This document shows positions 41,060 to 55,563 of a stretch of 64,000 nucleotides of DNA, piece after piece (the stretch's first letter is position 1; each line of letters begins with the position of its first letter). The stretch is from the NCBI GenBank assembly GCA_964016885.1, contig CAXHJY010001737.1, forward strand, positions 1 through 64,000. The letters are read 5' to 3'. Both the position numbers and the translations under genes were made by a program. The notes beneath the pieces were generated by a model. It saw only the letters and a list, made by a program, of their open reading frames with translations. It was not told where the DNA came from and ran no database searches. The stretch comes from Eledone cirrhosa. Its lineage: Eukaryota.

Positions 41060-44000
41060 AGGTGGTCTTGTTGGTAACACAACAAAAAGCACTGTCTACC
41101 CTGTCAGATGGTTGTGCAAACACTAAGCTGTATAATTAAAGCAATTAGATATAATTACATTTTAATAAACTCAAACAAATTAATGAAGAAGTGTGAAATT
41201 TTTAAATAAAAATAAAATTAGTTAAATTAATTATGATAGAAAGTTAATATCAATAATTGAAATAATTAAATAATTTAAAAAAAATTAAACATTTAAATTA
41301 TCATTATTATTATTTAAATATAAATTGAACTAATTAAAATCACTTAATTATTCAATGTAAACAGTAGTTTAATTAATTTAATCAGGCAAAATAATAAAAC
41401 AAATCAAGCAAATATATTTAACCCTTTTCATACCAAACCATGTGAAACCACCTCTGGTTCTGGGATATAAAACTATATTTTAAAGTGTTTATCATCATTA
41501 TTTTATGTAAGAACCTTTGTTAAGTTATGTTCCAAACACCCCTGGTTCTAGAATATAAAACTTTATTTTTAAGTGTTTATATTTATCTAAAAACCTTCTA
41601 ACATAATTTTATGTAAGAACCTTTGTTAAGTTATGTTGTGGTTCTCTAGTACAAAACTATTTATATTTATCTAAAAATCTTTCATCATAATTTTATATAA
41701 GAATCTGTGTTAAGTTATGTTCCAAACATCAGCTTAACCCTTTTGATACCAAACCACCCCTGGTTCTATGATACAAAACTGTATATTTTAAAGTGTTTAT
41801 ATTTATCTAAAATCTTTCCAATACAATTTAATGTAATAACCTTTGTTAAGCTATATTCCAAACACCACCTTAATCTTTTTGATACCAAACCATCTCTGGT
41901 TCTATGACACAAAACTCTGTTTTTAAAGTGTTTATATTAATTTAAAATCTTTCCAATATAATTTTATGTAAGAACCTTTGTTAAGTTATGTTCCAAAGAG
42001 CAATTTAATAATGAGAAATCTCTTCAAACTGTTGATTAGTTTCAGAATAATTTTAAAATTATAGGTAGTGTCTTTCATTAGAAATATGGTAACGAAAGGG
42101 TTAAAGATATAGGCAGTGTCTTTCACTAGAAATATGGTTATGAAAGGGTTAAATTAAATGTAAATAGGAATAATGAAGCAAGGAGAGGAGACAGCACATT
42201 TGTGAGCAGGAGGTGGCACAAAACCAATAGGCTCTGAGGAGCAGAGGCTATTGTAGTAGTGGTAGAAACAGCAGAGAGAGGATTCAGCGTGTCTGTGGGA
42301 TTGAGGATGGAGTGAAGGTGGCATGAGGCCAGCTTGTCACCTCTGTGGAACAGAACTTGGAATGGAGGTGGTATAAGGCCAGCCAGCCAACCTGTAATCT
42401 CTAAGGAGCACAGGCCATGATAGTAGTGGTAGAAATAGCAGAGAAAGGATACAGCATGTCTGTGGGATTGAGGATGGAGTGGAGCTGGCATGAGACCAAT
42501 GAACCAGCCTGCTACCTCTGTCGAGTGGAGGTGGTGGTGGCTAACCAGCCTGTCTCCTCTGATGAGCAGTAGCTGGAGTGGAGGTGGTATGAAGCCGGCC
42601 GGCCCACGACATATGAGGAGCACAGGTTAGAGTGGAGACCAACATGGTATCAGCCAACCAGTCTTTCACCTCCAAGGAGCACAGGACATCGTAGTAGTGG
42701 TAGAAAAAGGCAGAGAGAAGATACAGTAATGTCTGTGGACCAGAGCCTGGAGTGGAGGTGGTATGAGATTAGCTAACCAGCCAGTCGCATCTGAGGAACA
42801 GAAATTGGGGTGGTATGAGGCCAGCCAACCTTCCACCTCTAAGGAGCAGAGGCCATTGTAGTAGTGGTAGAAAAAGGCAGGGAGAGAGGACACAGCACTT
42901 CTGTAAACAGATTGCTGAAGAGGATGGGAGATTACCTGAGAGGACACAGCACTTCTGAAGACAGATTGCTGAAGAGGTTTAAGAAAGTGGGAGGTTAACT
43001 GAGAGGACACAGCATTTCTGTAGACAGACTGCTGAAGAGGGTGGGCGATTACCGGAGAGGACACAGCACTTCTGTAGACAACAGACTGCTGAAGAGGTTT
43101 AAGAAGGTGGGGGGATTACCGGAGAGGACACAGCACTTCTGAAGAGATTTAAGAAGGTGGGAGGTTAACTGAGAGGACACAGCATTTCTGTAGACAGACT
43201 GCTGAAGAGGGTGGGCGATTACCGGAGAGGACACAGCACTTCTGTAGACAACAGACTGCTGAAGAGGTTTAAGAAGGTGGGGGGATTACCTGAGAGGACA
43301 CAGCACTTCTGAAGAGGTTTAAGGTAGGGAGATTACCGGAGAGGACACAGCACTTCTGAAGACAACAGACTGCTGAAGAGGGATAAGAAGGTGGGGAGAT
43401 TACCTGTTATTTTCTCTCGTATTTGGACAACTGGTTTGCTCAACACATTGGAGCAACGTGCATGCATGTTACTCCCGAGGATCTCTTCCACGTATGTGTG
43501 CAACTCCTACAGTGGGCCAGTGACAAAAACAAAGATACAAGTTATGTTGTTGTCTAGAGCCCAGTGTTGTTGTCATTGTTGTTGTTATTCTGGTTCTATA
43601 GTTGTTGTTGTGTAGCCCCAGGTCAAAGCCTGGTGGAGCTCACTCAAGTGATTTTCTGTTGGTTGTAGTTCTAGAGCCACAAAATAAAACACCCAGTCCA
43701 CTCTGTAAAGCGGTAGTGCTGGTGCCATGATAAAACACACCCAGTCTACTCTGTAAAGCGGTAGTGTTGGTGTCATGATAAAACACACCCAGTCTACTCT
43801 GTAAAGCGGTAGTGCTGGTGCCATGATAAATCCCACCCAGTACACACTGTAAAGTGGTAGTGCTGGTGTCAAGACAAAAGCACCCTGTCCACTCTGTAAA
43901 GTGGTAGTGTTGGTGTCATGACAAAAGCACCCTGTCCACTTTGTAAAGTGATAATGCTAGTGTCATGATAAAATACACCCAGTACACTTTGTAAAGTGGT

Positions 44001-47000
44001 AGTGCTGGTGTCATGATAAAATACACCCTGTCCACTCTGTAAAGTGGTAATGCTGGTGTCATGATAAAATACACCCAGTAGACTTTGTAAAGTGGTAGTG
44101 CTGGTGTCATGATAAAATACACCCTGTCCACTCTGTAAAGTGGTAATGCTGGTGTCATGATAAAATACACCCAGTACACTTTGTAAAGTGGTAGTGCTGG
44201 TGTCATGATAAAATACACCCTGTCCACTCTGTAAAGTGGTAATGCTGGTGTCATGATAAAATACACCCAGTACACTTTGTAAAGTGGTAGTGCTGGTGTC
44301 ATGATAAAATACACCCTGTCCACTCTGTAAAGTGGTAATGCTGGTGTCATGATAAAATACACCCAGTACACTTTGTAAAGTGGTAGTGCTGGTGTCATGA
44401 TAAAATACATCCAGTACACTTTGTAACCAACGCATGTTTACACGGAGGGGCAGATGTATGATAAGTGGTGGTGGTGGTGATGACGATGGCGGTGATAGAG
44501 ATGATGAGGATGGTGGAGATGGAGATGATGATGATAATTTCTAACACCAACAGCAGCAAGTGCAACAACAACAGCAGCAACAACAACAGCAACACCATGC
44601 AGTGTCAAATTATTTAAAAAACAACAACAAAATAAATAAATAAAGGTAAAATAGGCAACAACAACAAGTAGAAAAAGAGAACTGGTGTGTGCTGGGGGGG
44701 GAGGGAGGAGGCAGACAGTGAACAGAAAATAAACAAAATATAAATAACAATAAAAAACAAAAAAAAAACAAAAAAAAAAAACAGCCAGGCTAAATTGTTA
44801 CTTTTTTTTTGGTTGGAGTGGTTGTGATGGTATGTACACCTTTGACCTCTCCTTTCATCTAGCTACTGCTACTATCAACAACACCACTGCCAGCCACCTT
44901 TGAAGCAATTATAAAAGGTCAGGTGACATTAGCTCAGGGTCAGGTCAGGTGGGAGAGAGGAATAGAAAACTATCTTGATCTCTTAACATCCTGTAATGAT
45001 TTAGCAGAAAATATCTAAAAAAAAAACAGGTTTGTTAATTCAAATGTTTATAGCATCTTTACTAGTGGACAAGATTGCTGCGAACATTTGCAGTATTATC
45101 TCTTAACATCCTATAATGATTTATAAAAAACAGGTTTAATTAATCATCATCGTTAAACGTCCATCTTCTACACTAGTATGGGTTACACGGGAAATGTCCC
45201 ACTTAAGGCAAGATTGGTCGGGTGACCGTGTCTCGCTCGTATAGGACTATCTGGCAGGTTTTCTTCGGCTGGATGCCCTTCCTAACACCAACCACATTTA
45301 CAGTGTGGACTGGGAGCTTTTTACCAGGTTACCTACACGGCCACATTACAGCGTGGATTGTTTTTTTGTCGTGACACCTACACGACCTCATTAGTTTGGA
45401 CTGGATGTTTATAGCATCTTTAATAGTGGACAGAGTGTTGTAAACATTTGCAGTATTATCTCTTAACATGTAATGATTTAGCAGAAAATATCTAAAAACA
45501 GGTTTGTTAATTTAAATGTTTATAGTATCTTTACTAATGGACAGAATGTTCAAACATTTGCAGCATTATTTCTTAACATCTTGGATTGGTGGATTGGCAG
45601 TATTGGTAGAGGGTCGGACGCCTTGCTTTGACGCATAGAGTTACGGCCCTTGCCATTCTGAGTTCAAATCCCGCCAAGGTTAACTTTGCCTTTCATCCTT
45701 GCGGGGTCGATAAAATAAAGTACCAGTAATACACTGGGTTATTGCTGGCCTTGTGCCTAACGTAGAAACAATTATTTCTTAACATCTTGTAGAAAATATC
45801 TAAAAACATGTTTGTTAATTCAATTATTCATAGTATCTTTAGACAGATTGTTTTTAAAATTTAGAGTATTAGAGTGAAGACTTTAATATCTAAACTGTAA
45901 TGCAGTCATAGTGTTGTTTTGTACTTTTCAAGAATGCGTTGCTAATGTGGTTTCATGCAGTACAGGATGGTTAATTCGAATGTATATAGTATCTTTACTG
46001 GTGGACAGATTGTTGTGAACATTTGTAGTATTACAGTAAACACTTTAAATATTTAACCCTTTCGCATTTACATTACTCTATATTTACTATTGTATTTTTG
46101 TGGTAAAGGCTTTATCTTACATAATATCGGCTTAACCCTCTAGCATTTAAACCGGCCGTATCCGGCCAGAATTCTCTTACCTCTTTCTGTTCAACCCACC
46201 CGTAACCAGCCACTCATACTGATGTTAATGTAGTGTTCTCAAAATAAATAGTAACATCAAAATCTTGTAGATTCCATATTATATAAGATGATTATGTAAG
46301 GTAAAACCTTTACTATGAAAATATAATAGTAGAGTAATGTAAATGCTAAAGGGTTAATGTGATGCAATCATAGTGCTGTTTTGTACCTTTCAAGAATGTC
46401 TCACTAATATGGTTTCATGTGGTACAGGATGGTTAAGAGTTAAACCAAGGACCTGGTTCGACGGTCTAAATGCCTACAACAGTGTGGTGGACTTTGTTAA
46501 AGAGATACAAGGGCTCCAGCAATGGTGATGATATCTGGGTGGATGGTGGTAGTTGCTGTACTGGCAAGTGGCTAAGGTGAGAGGTGAGAGGTCAAAGGTG
46601 AGATGTCGGCTGCTTACCTGTCATATACAAATCCATGTTCCCCATCCCTCGACACACAGAACCCGTACACCGACCAACCATATTTCGGCAAAGGGTTGAC
46701 TCAAGATGGCCGTGAAGATCCTGGACAGTAGTAGCAACAGTAATAGTAGTAGTAGTATTGGTTGTGGTGGTGGTAGTGGTGGGAGAGAATAATTGGTTGT
46801 GTTATAGATAACATCAGAGAGTGAGTGAGAGTGAAAGGAAGTAGAAGAGAAGAGGGAAAGAGAGAGAGAGGAGAGAGATAGACAAAGAAAGAGAGGAGAG
46901 AGATAGACAAAGAAAGAGAAGAGAGAGAAATATATATAGAGAGAGATGAAGATGGATACAGAAATAGAGATAGTCAAATAGATAGAGAGAGAGAATACCT

Positions 47001-47257
47001 TACCTTCTTATAGTTATTCAACATGAGCATGTCGGGGTGGAATGGTCGATCAAACTCATCAACCACCATGGCGAGCCGATGGATTTCTTCGTTGAGGGCA
47101 CTACCCACCTTCAGTGACAGACAGACAGATGGGCAGGAAGAGAGAGAGAGAGAAAGAGAAGACAATTAATTAACTACATCAAATCAGTTTGATTGGTCAT
47201 CGATTTACAACTGGGGTACATTGAAGGCTGTAATTTACAGGAGATGCTAGTAACCCT

Positions 47258-47291
<34 letters not shown>

Positions 47292-50200
47292 AATTATTGT
47301 GTACAGTGCTCAGGTGCACTACAACTCATCAAAGGTGCATGTATAGTACATAGAATAATGTACAAATGTCAGGAAAATGAACAGTGTATGAGTCATGATA
47401 TAATAATAATAACAATAATGAAATATTGTGTACAGTGCCCAGGTGCACCACAACTCATCAAAAAAGTGCATGTACAGTACATAGGGCAAACCACCCTGAA
47501 ATTGCCCCTGGTTCTACAGGGTGTACCAAAAAGGCTATATTTATTAACCTTTCGTATTTAAACTGGATGTATCTGGCCATAATTCTCTCACCTCTTTCTG
47601 TTTAAGCCGGCCATAGTCAGCCACTCATACTGAAGTTAAAGTATTGTTCTCAAAATAAATAATACTAAAATCTCATAGATTCGATATTGTGAGGTAATGA
47701 CTTTACTTTATGGAAGGTAAGCTAAAAAAAAAAGCAAAAAAGCCCCACCTTGCGCTCAACATTGTCGACCATGTCTTTGATTTTCTCCTTGATATCAGCT
47801 GTGACGATCTTCATCTGTTTCTCCATATAGGCTAACTCTTCACTTTTCTCCTGGAAGATCTTTGTTTGATCATCTCTGAAGATGGCAATACAGTAAGACG
47901 ACACATACAGACATATGTGATAACAAGGGTGATGAGCGTGCACGATGATAGCGATGATGAAGAGGGAGCAAGGAAAAAAAAAAGAAACAACATGAGGACA
48001 AAGTCTTTGCAAGAAAATAAAAATTAAAAATAAACATCTTAACCCTTCAGCATTTAAACTGGCCATATCTGGCCAGAATTCTATCACCTCTTTCTGTTCA
48101 AACCATCTGTAACCAGCCACTTTTATTTATGTTAAGGTAGTGTTCTCAAAATAAATAATATCAAAATCTCTTTGATATTGTGTGAGAATTGTGTGAGGTA
48201 AAGCCTTTACCATGAAAATACAATAGTAAATATAGAGTTATGTAAATGCTAAAGGGTTAAGCAAGTTACATGCAAAATAAACACAATTTCATCAACATAA
48301 ATACAACTACTTCTTTAGTTTCTTTAGCTCACCATGGAACCTTGGGTGACAAGAGATCCCTATTTCACAAGGTTGCAAGCCTTGTTCAAAGGCCAGCTCC
48401 CATTCAAGGTATCATCTGTTCCTTGTTTCTGTAGCAATTTTGAATAATGGACGTATGGTAAGGTTGCTAGACTCATATACCATCTGAACACAGACTGAAA
48501 ACTAACCTAGGTTTTTGAAGTTACAGTGGGATAGGGGTCTGTATCCTTGGATAAGGGCCCACTTTAGGTAGTCAGCCAGAGCTAGCTGAACCTGGGGACT
48601 CAAATCATTTCACTCTATTTTCAAAGGAACATCAGATAAAGTTATGTCCAGTTTTGAAATAATGTTTCTTTAAATTTTGGGTAATGGTATATCTGGGATT
48701 GTAAATAACGTTACTTCAAATCCTTTCATTTTATTTAAAAAAAAAAAACATTAGATAATATTATGTCCAGTATTGAAATAACATTTCTTTAAATCCCTTC
48801 ACACTATTTTCACTACAACTACTAGCTGTATTTCAGTGACTCAGTAAGAATCACATCAACCATCACTACAACACCACCACAATTACAGCCATCACTACAA
48901 CAACCATAACAACCAACAAAACCACAACAATCATAACAACCAACACCACCACCAACCATCACCACCGCCACACCACCACAATCACAAAAAACACAGCCAT
49001 CACAACCACCATCAATATTACAAATAGATATTAGACATTGAACAATATGAAGGAGCAACAAAAAAACTAGATTAGGCATGTTAGAGGTGGGGGGGGGGAG
49101 GAAGGGCTTGTGTAAGGACTTGATAACTGTAGGGGGCGGGGAGGAGCTGTGATGTTGTTGGGGATACTCTCAAGTCTTGAATAATCGTCCTCCCCCGCTT
49201 ATTAATTTTTCAGAATGCCCTCCCTTCTATTAAATTTTGCTAATCTATCTCCAGCAAAATTGTATTGTAAGTGATTCATATTGATACAGCAACTGAAGAA
49301 TCTAATAATAATAATTTTATTTTACATCAAAAGAAATATTATATATGACAAAAAAAGAAAAAAAAAATTACAAGAAATCCCCTATTTATAAACATACGCT
49401 ACTATACAATTAACGATTTCCTCTCCCTTCGTTAATAAGAATTTAAGCATTATTTGGGACCTGAGAGTAATTGATATAATATAGAACGGGATGGAAAGGG
49501 ACTGATGTTGTTTAGGTTGGGGACTGGGGTGACTGTTATAAATATATCCTGGCCGTTTAGGTACCAACTGTTCGTTGACCCCTCATAAGGGCTGCTTGCT
49601 GTCTTTCATTCCTCCTTCGGTCAAGCGTTATTAATCTACGCTACAGCAATCTAGGCAGGGAAGGTGAGAATGTACTGGCTGCAGAAAAAAACGTGCAAAC
49701 ACTGCACACTACGTGCTTTCACTACACACTACATGCATGCATTGCACACTACGTGTGCAGTCACTGCACTGCACACAACTGAAAGAGAAGAAGAATAAGT
49801 GCCGACAGTGTAGACCTGCGTAGTAAGCTTCTCTGGTGGACATCTTCCATGACAGTACGGAGGTGGCTGTTGATGTGGTTGCCTCGTTCTGTGTGGAGTT
49901 CAAACTTGGTCTTCACAGCAGATTTAGAGATACATTCCTGCAAGGAGAGAGATAGATAGAAACAGTTAGCAAGGGAGAGAGAGAGAGAGAAACAGTTAGC
50001 AAGGAAAAGAGAGAGAGAGAGAGATAGATAGAAAGAGTTAGCAAGGAAAAGAGAGAGAGAGAGATAGATAGAAACAGTTAGCAAGGAAAAGAGAGAGAGA
50101 GAGATAGATAGAAACAGTTAGCGAGAGAGAGAGAGAGTATATAGAGATAGTTAGTGAGGGAGAGAAAGAGTATAGAGAGACAGTTAGTGAGGGAGTGAAA

Positions 50201-53200
50201 GAGTATAGAGAGACAGTTAGTGAGGGAGTGAAAGAGTATAGAGAGACAGTGAGGGAGTGAAAGAGTATAGAGAGACAGTTAGTGAGGGAGAGAAAGAGTA
50301 TAGAGAGATAGTTAGTGAGGGAGAGAAAGAGTATAGAGAGACAGTGAGGGAGTGAAAGAGTATAGAGAGACAGTTAGTGAGGGAGAGAAAGAGTATAGAG
50401 AGATAGTTAGTGAGGGAGAGAAAGAGTACATAGAGATAGTTAGTGAGGGAGAGAAAGAGTATAGAGAGACAGTTAGTGAGGGAGTGAAAGAGTATAGAGA
50501 GACAGTTAGTGAGGGAGTGAAAGAGTATAGAGAGACAGTGAGGGAGTGAAAGAGTATAGAGAGACAGTTAGTGAGGGAGAGAAAGAGTATAGAGAGACAG
50601 TTAGTGAGGGAGAGAAAGAGTATAGAGAGACAGTTAGTGAGGGAGTGAAAGAGTATAGAGAGACAGTGAGGGAGTGAAAGAGTATAGAGAGACAGTTAGT
50701 GAGGGAGAGAAAGAGTATAGAGAGACAGTGAGGGAGTGAAAGAGTATAGAGAGACAGTTAGTGAGGGAGAGAAAGAGTATAGAGAGACAGTTAGTGAGGG
50801 AGAGAAAGAGTATAGAGAGACAGTTAGTGAGGGAGAGAAAGAGTATAGAGAGACAGTTAGTGAGGGAGTGAAAGAGTATAGAGAGACAGTTAGTGAGGGA
50901 GTGAAAGAGTATAGAGAGACAGTGAGGGAGTGAAAGAGTATAGAGAGACAGTTAGTGAGGGAGAGAAAGAGTATAGAGAGACAGTTAGTGAGGGAGAGAA
51001 AGAGTATAGAGAGACAGTTAGTGAGGGAGTGAAAGAGTATAGAGAGACAGTGAGGGAGTGAAAGAGTATAGAGAGACAGTTAGTGAGGGAGAGAAAGAGT
51101 ATAGAGAGACAGTTAGTGAGGGAGTGAAAGAGTATAGAGAGACAGTTAGTGAGGGAGTGAAAGAGTATAGAGAGACAGTGAGGGAGTGAAAGAGTATAGA
51201 GAGACAGTTAGTGAGGGAGAGAAAGAGTATAGAGAGACAGTGAGGGAGTGAAAGAGTATAGAGAGACAGTTAGTGAGGGAGAGAAAGAGTATAGAGAGAC
51301 AGTTAGTGAGGGAGAGAAAGAGTATAGAGAGACAGTTAGTGAGGGAGTGAAAGAGTATAGAGAGACAGTTAGTGAGGGAGAGAAAGAGTATAGAGAGACA
51401 GTTAGTGAGGGAGTGAAAGAGTATAGAGAGACAGTTAGTGAGGGAGTGAAAGAGTATAGAGAGACAGTGAGGGAGTGAAAGAGTATAGAGAGACAGTTAG
51501 TGAGGGAGAGAAAGAGTATAGAGAGACAGTGAGGGAGTGAAAGAGTATAGAGAGACAGTTAGTGAGGGAGAGAAAGAGTATAGAGAGACAGTTAGTGAGG
51601 GAGAGAAAGAGTATAGAGAGACAGTTAGTGAGGGAGAGAAAGAGTATAGAGAGACAGTTAGTGAGGGAGTGAAAGAGTATAGAGAGACAGTGAGGGAGTG
51701 AAAGAGTATAGAGAGACAGTTAGTGAGGGAGAGAAAGAGTATAGAGAGACAGTGAGGGAGTGAAAGAGTATAGAGAGACAGTTAGTGAGGGAGAGAAAGA
51801 GTATAGAGAGACAGTTAGTGAGGGAGAGAAAGAGTATAGAGAGACAGTTAGTGAGGGAGAGAAAGAGTATAGAGAGACAGTTAGTGAGGGAGTGAAAGAG
51901 TATAGAGAGACAGTTAGTGAGGGAGTGAAAGAGTATAGAGAGACAGTGAGGGAGTGAAAGAGTATAGAGAGACAGTTAGTGAGGGAGAGAAAGAGTATAG
52001 AGAGACAGTTAGTGAGGGAGAGAAAGAGTATAGAGAGACAGTTAGTGAGGGAGTGAAAGAGTATAGAGAGACAGTGAGGGAGTGAAAGAGTATAGAGAGA
52101 CAGTTAGTGAGGGAGAGAAAGAGTATAGAGAGACAGTGAGGGAGTGAAAGAGTATAGAGAGACAGTTAGTGAGGGAGAGAAAGAGTATAGAGAGACAGTT
52201 AGTGAGGGAGAGAAAGAGTATAGAGAGACAGTTAGTGAGGGAGAGAAAGAGTATAGAGAGACAGTTAGTGAGGGAGTGAAAGAGTATAGAGAGACAGTGA
52301 GGGAGTGAAAGAGTATAGAGAGACAGTTAGTGAGGGAGAGAAAGAGTATAGAGAGACAGTTAGTGAGGGAGAGAAAGAGTATATAGAGACAGTTAGTGAG
52401 GGAGAGAGGGGATAGTTAGTGAGGGAGAGAGGGGATAGCTAGTGAGGGGGAGAAAGAGTATATAGAGATAGTGAGAGAGAGGGAGATAGATGCAGTCAAT
52501 GAAGAAGAAAGATAGAAGTTCATGAGGGAGATAGACAGAGACAGTGGGGAAGAGGGATAAAGAGAGAAAGAGAGACAGCTTGTGGGGAAGATAGAGAGAT
52601 ATGTATAGATAAACAATTGTTTTTACTTTTGGCACAAGGCCAGCAATTACCCAGTACATTACTGGTACTTTATTTTATCGACCCCGTAAGGATGAAAGGC
52701 AAAGTCAACCTCGGCGGGATTTGAACTCAGAATGGCAAGGGCCGTAACTCTATGCATCAAAGCATGGCGTCCAATCCTCTACCGATACTGCCAGTTCACC
52801 GCCCTTGTATAGATAAATAATAAGTGACAGAAAGAGATAGTGAGTGGTAGAGAGAGAGAGTGGTAGAGATAGTGAGTGGTAGAGAGAGAGAGTGGTAGAG
52901 AGAGAGAGTGGTAGAGAGAGAGAGTGAAAGACAAAGTTAGTTAGTAGGGGATAGAGTGGTAGAGAGATATCGATATATAGATAGATAATTGTTTCTACTT
53001 TAGGCACAAGGCCAGCAATTACCCAGTGCATTACTGGTACTTTATTTTATCAGATCGTAAAGGGACGTAACTATGCTGGAAAGCATGGCGTCCGACCCTC
53101 TACCGATACTGCCAATCCGCCTATATAGATAGATAATGATAGAGAGAGAGAAATCAATAGATAGAGAGAATGAGTCGTAGAGAGATAGAGAGACGTAGGG

Positions 53201-54908
53201 TTAAACAAGAACAACAACTCCAAATTACAGGTGAAATCAGGTGTTAAGTAGTAAAGTGAAGGTTAATTAAACTTACCTCAAACGTTCGTTCAAAGTTTGC
53301 AAATTCAAACAAGCGAACTTGAAAACCTTCCTGTAAGGCACCAACTGAAAGGAAAGGAGATAAGATTTACAGCTTACACCAGTGATTGGAGTGAGGATGG
53401 TCACAATTGGAGCACCATTACCACCATCATCACTGTTTAACGTCCATTTTTCCATGTTACCCTCCAACCATAACCACCTCCAAAAGATGTATAGTAATAT
53501 ATCATTATAAAATATGTATTGGGGTTGATATATTTTAAATTGTCAAACACCCACGATAGTTATGAACAGGTGGGTGTGGCTAAGAGATGTCTTGTGCCAT
53601 AGTTATGAACAGGTAAATGCAACAGCTCTGAATAGGTAGGTGTGGCTAAAGTTGTCGTAGAGGTGGTGTATGCTATAGTTATGAATAAGTAGGTGTGGCT
53701 AAAGTTGTCGTAGAGGTGGTGTATGGCTATAGTTATGAATATGTAGGTGTGGCTAAAGTTGTCGTAGAGGTGGTGTATGGCTATAGTTATGAATATGTAG
53801 GTGGCTAAAGTTGTCGTAGAGGTGGTGTATGGCTATAGTTATGAATAGGTAGGTGTGGCTAAAGTTGTCGTAGAGGTGGTGTATGGCTATAGTTATGAAT
53901 ATGTAGGTGTGGCTAAAGTTGTCGTAGAAGTGGTGTATGGCTATAGTTATGAATATGTAGGTGTGGCTAAAGTTGTCGTAGAGGTGGTGTATGGCTATAG
54001 TTATGAATATGTAGGTGTGGCTAAAGTTGTCGTAGAAGTGGTGTATGGCTATAGTTATGAATAAGTAGGTGTGGCTAAAGTACAACAGCTCTGAATAGAC
54101 AGGTGTGGCTAACATATAGCTCTGAACAGGTAGGTGTGGCTAAAGTTGTCCTAGAGGTGGTGCATACTATAGCTATGAATATGTAGGTGTGGCTAAAGTT
54201 GTCCTAGAGGTGGTGCATGATATAGCTATGAATATGTAGGTGTGGCTAAAGTTGTCCTAGAGGTGGTGTATGCTATAGCTATGAATATGTAGGTGTGGCT
54301 AAAGTTGTCCTAGAGGTGGTGCATGCTATAGCTATGAATAAGTAGGTGTGGTTAAAGTACAACAGCTCTGAATAGGTAGGTGTCGCTAAAGTTGTCCTAG
54401 AGGTGGTGTATGCTATAGTTATGAATATGTAGGTATGGCTAAAGTTGTCCTAGAGGTGGTGCATGCTATAGTTATGAATATGTAGGTATGGCTAAAGTTG
54501 TCCTAGAGGTGGTGCATGCTATAGCTATGAATAAGTAGGTGTGGTTAAAGTACAACAGCTCTGAATAGGTAGGTGTCGCTAAAGTCAGTAGAGACTTACC
54601 TGGTGTTGGCGTTCCCTTATCTTCATGTAACCGGGACATTAAGGCTTCTCGTGCTGACACAAAGAACACCCGGGTTTCGGCATCTTCTGGTCGCACTACA
54701 TTCAGTTCTTTACCAAGAAATTGGACATTGCGTTCCATGTGTTGTTTTCTCACCTGAAATTAATTACAAAACACAACACACCTGAATTAATTATTCCACA
54801 ACACAGCAACAACCCGAGTGTAGTTTGAAGTGCAACATATGCACATACACACACATATATATATATAATCAGTAGCTAGGACATTCATATGCACATACAT
54901 ATATATAA

Positions 54909-54939
<31 letters not shown>

Positions 54940-55521
54940 ATCAGTAGCTAGGACATTCATATGCACATATATATATATATATGGAGGCACATGGTTTAGT
55001 GGTTAGAGCATTGGCCTTGCAATCGAAAGGTTGTGAGTTCAATTCTCAGACCGGGTGGTGTTGTTTCCTTGAGCAAGACACTTTATTTCACATTGCTCCA
55101 GTTTACTTAGCTGTAGAAATGAGATGATAGGGACTGGGGTCCCTATCATTCCACTGCAAAGTGGTCGAGGAGGTGCCACGGCAAAAAAGCACCCAGTCCA
55201 CACTGTAAAGTGGATGTGTAGGCGCCACGGAAAAAAAGCACCCACAACTCACTGTAAATGAGGTTGGTGTTAGGAAGGGCATCCAGCTGTAGAAATCAAG
55301 CCAGAATCAGTTCCCGTCCCACCCTTGCAAGCAGGCAAAAGCGGACGTAAAATGATGATGATGATGATATATATTTATTTCACATTGCTCTATGTGCCTG
55401 GATTTGTGACCGGTAGATAGTATTAGCAAATGGAAAGACCAATGGAAACATTGTTTCCTCGGTCCGATTTGACAAGCTCCACTCCACTTGTTAAGCGAAT
55501 GAGGTCTGGGATCTTGTCGAT

Positions 55522-55563
<42 letters not shown>

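Noticed and set aside
50352-51957. [10 protein letters not shown] repeat ORFs (also FYHDTS 43869 and FSHTY 53753)
   Set aside because: Intronic minisatellites with unit lengths divisible by three; frames are broken by variant units.
54983-55055. tRNA gene
   Set aside because: A/B boxes run into SINE core and tail; no complete cloverleaf.
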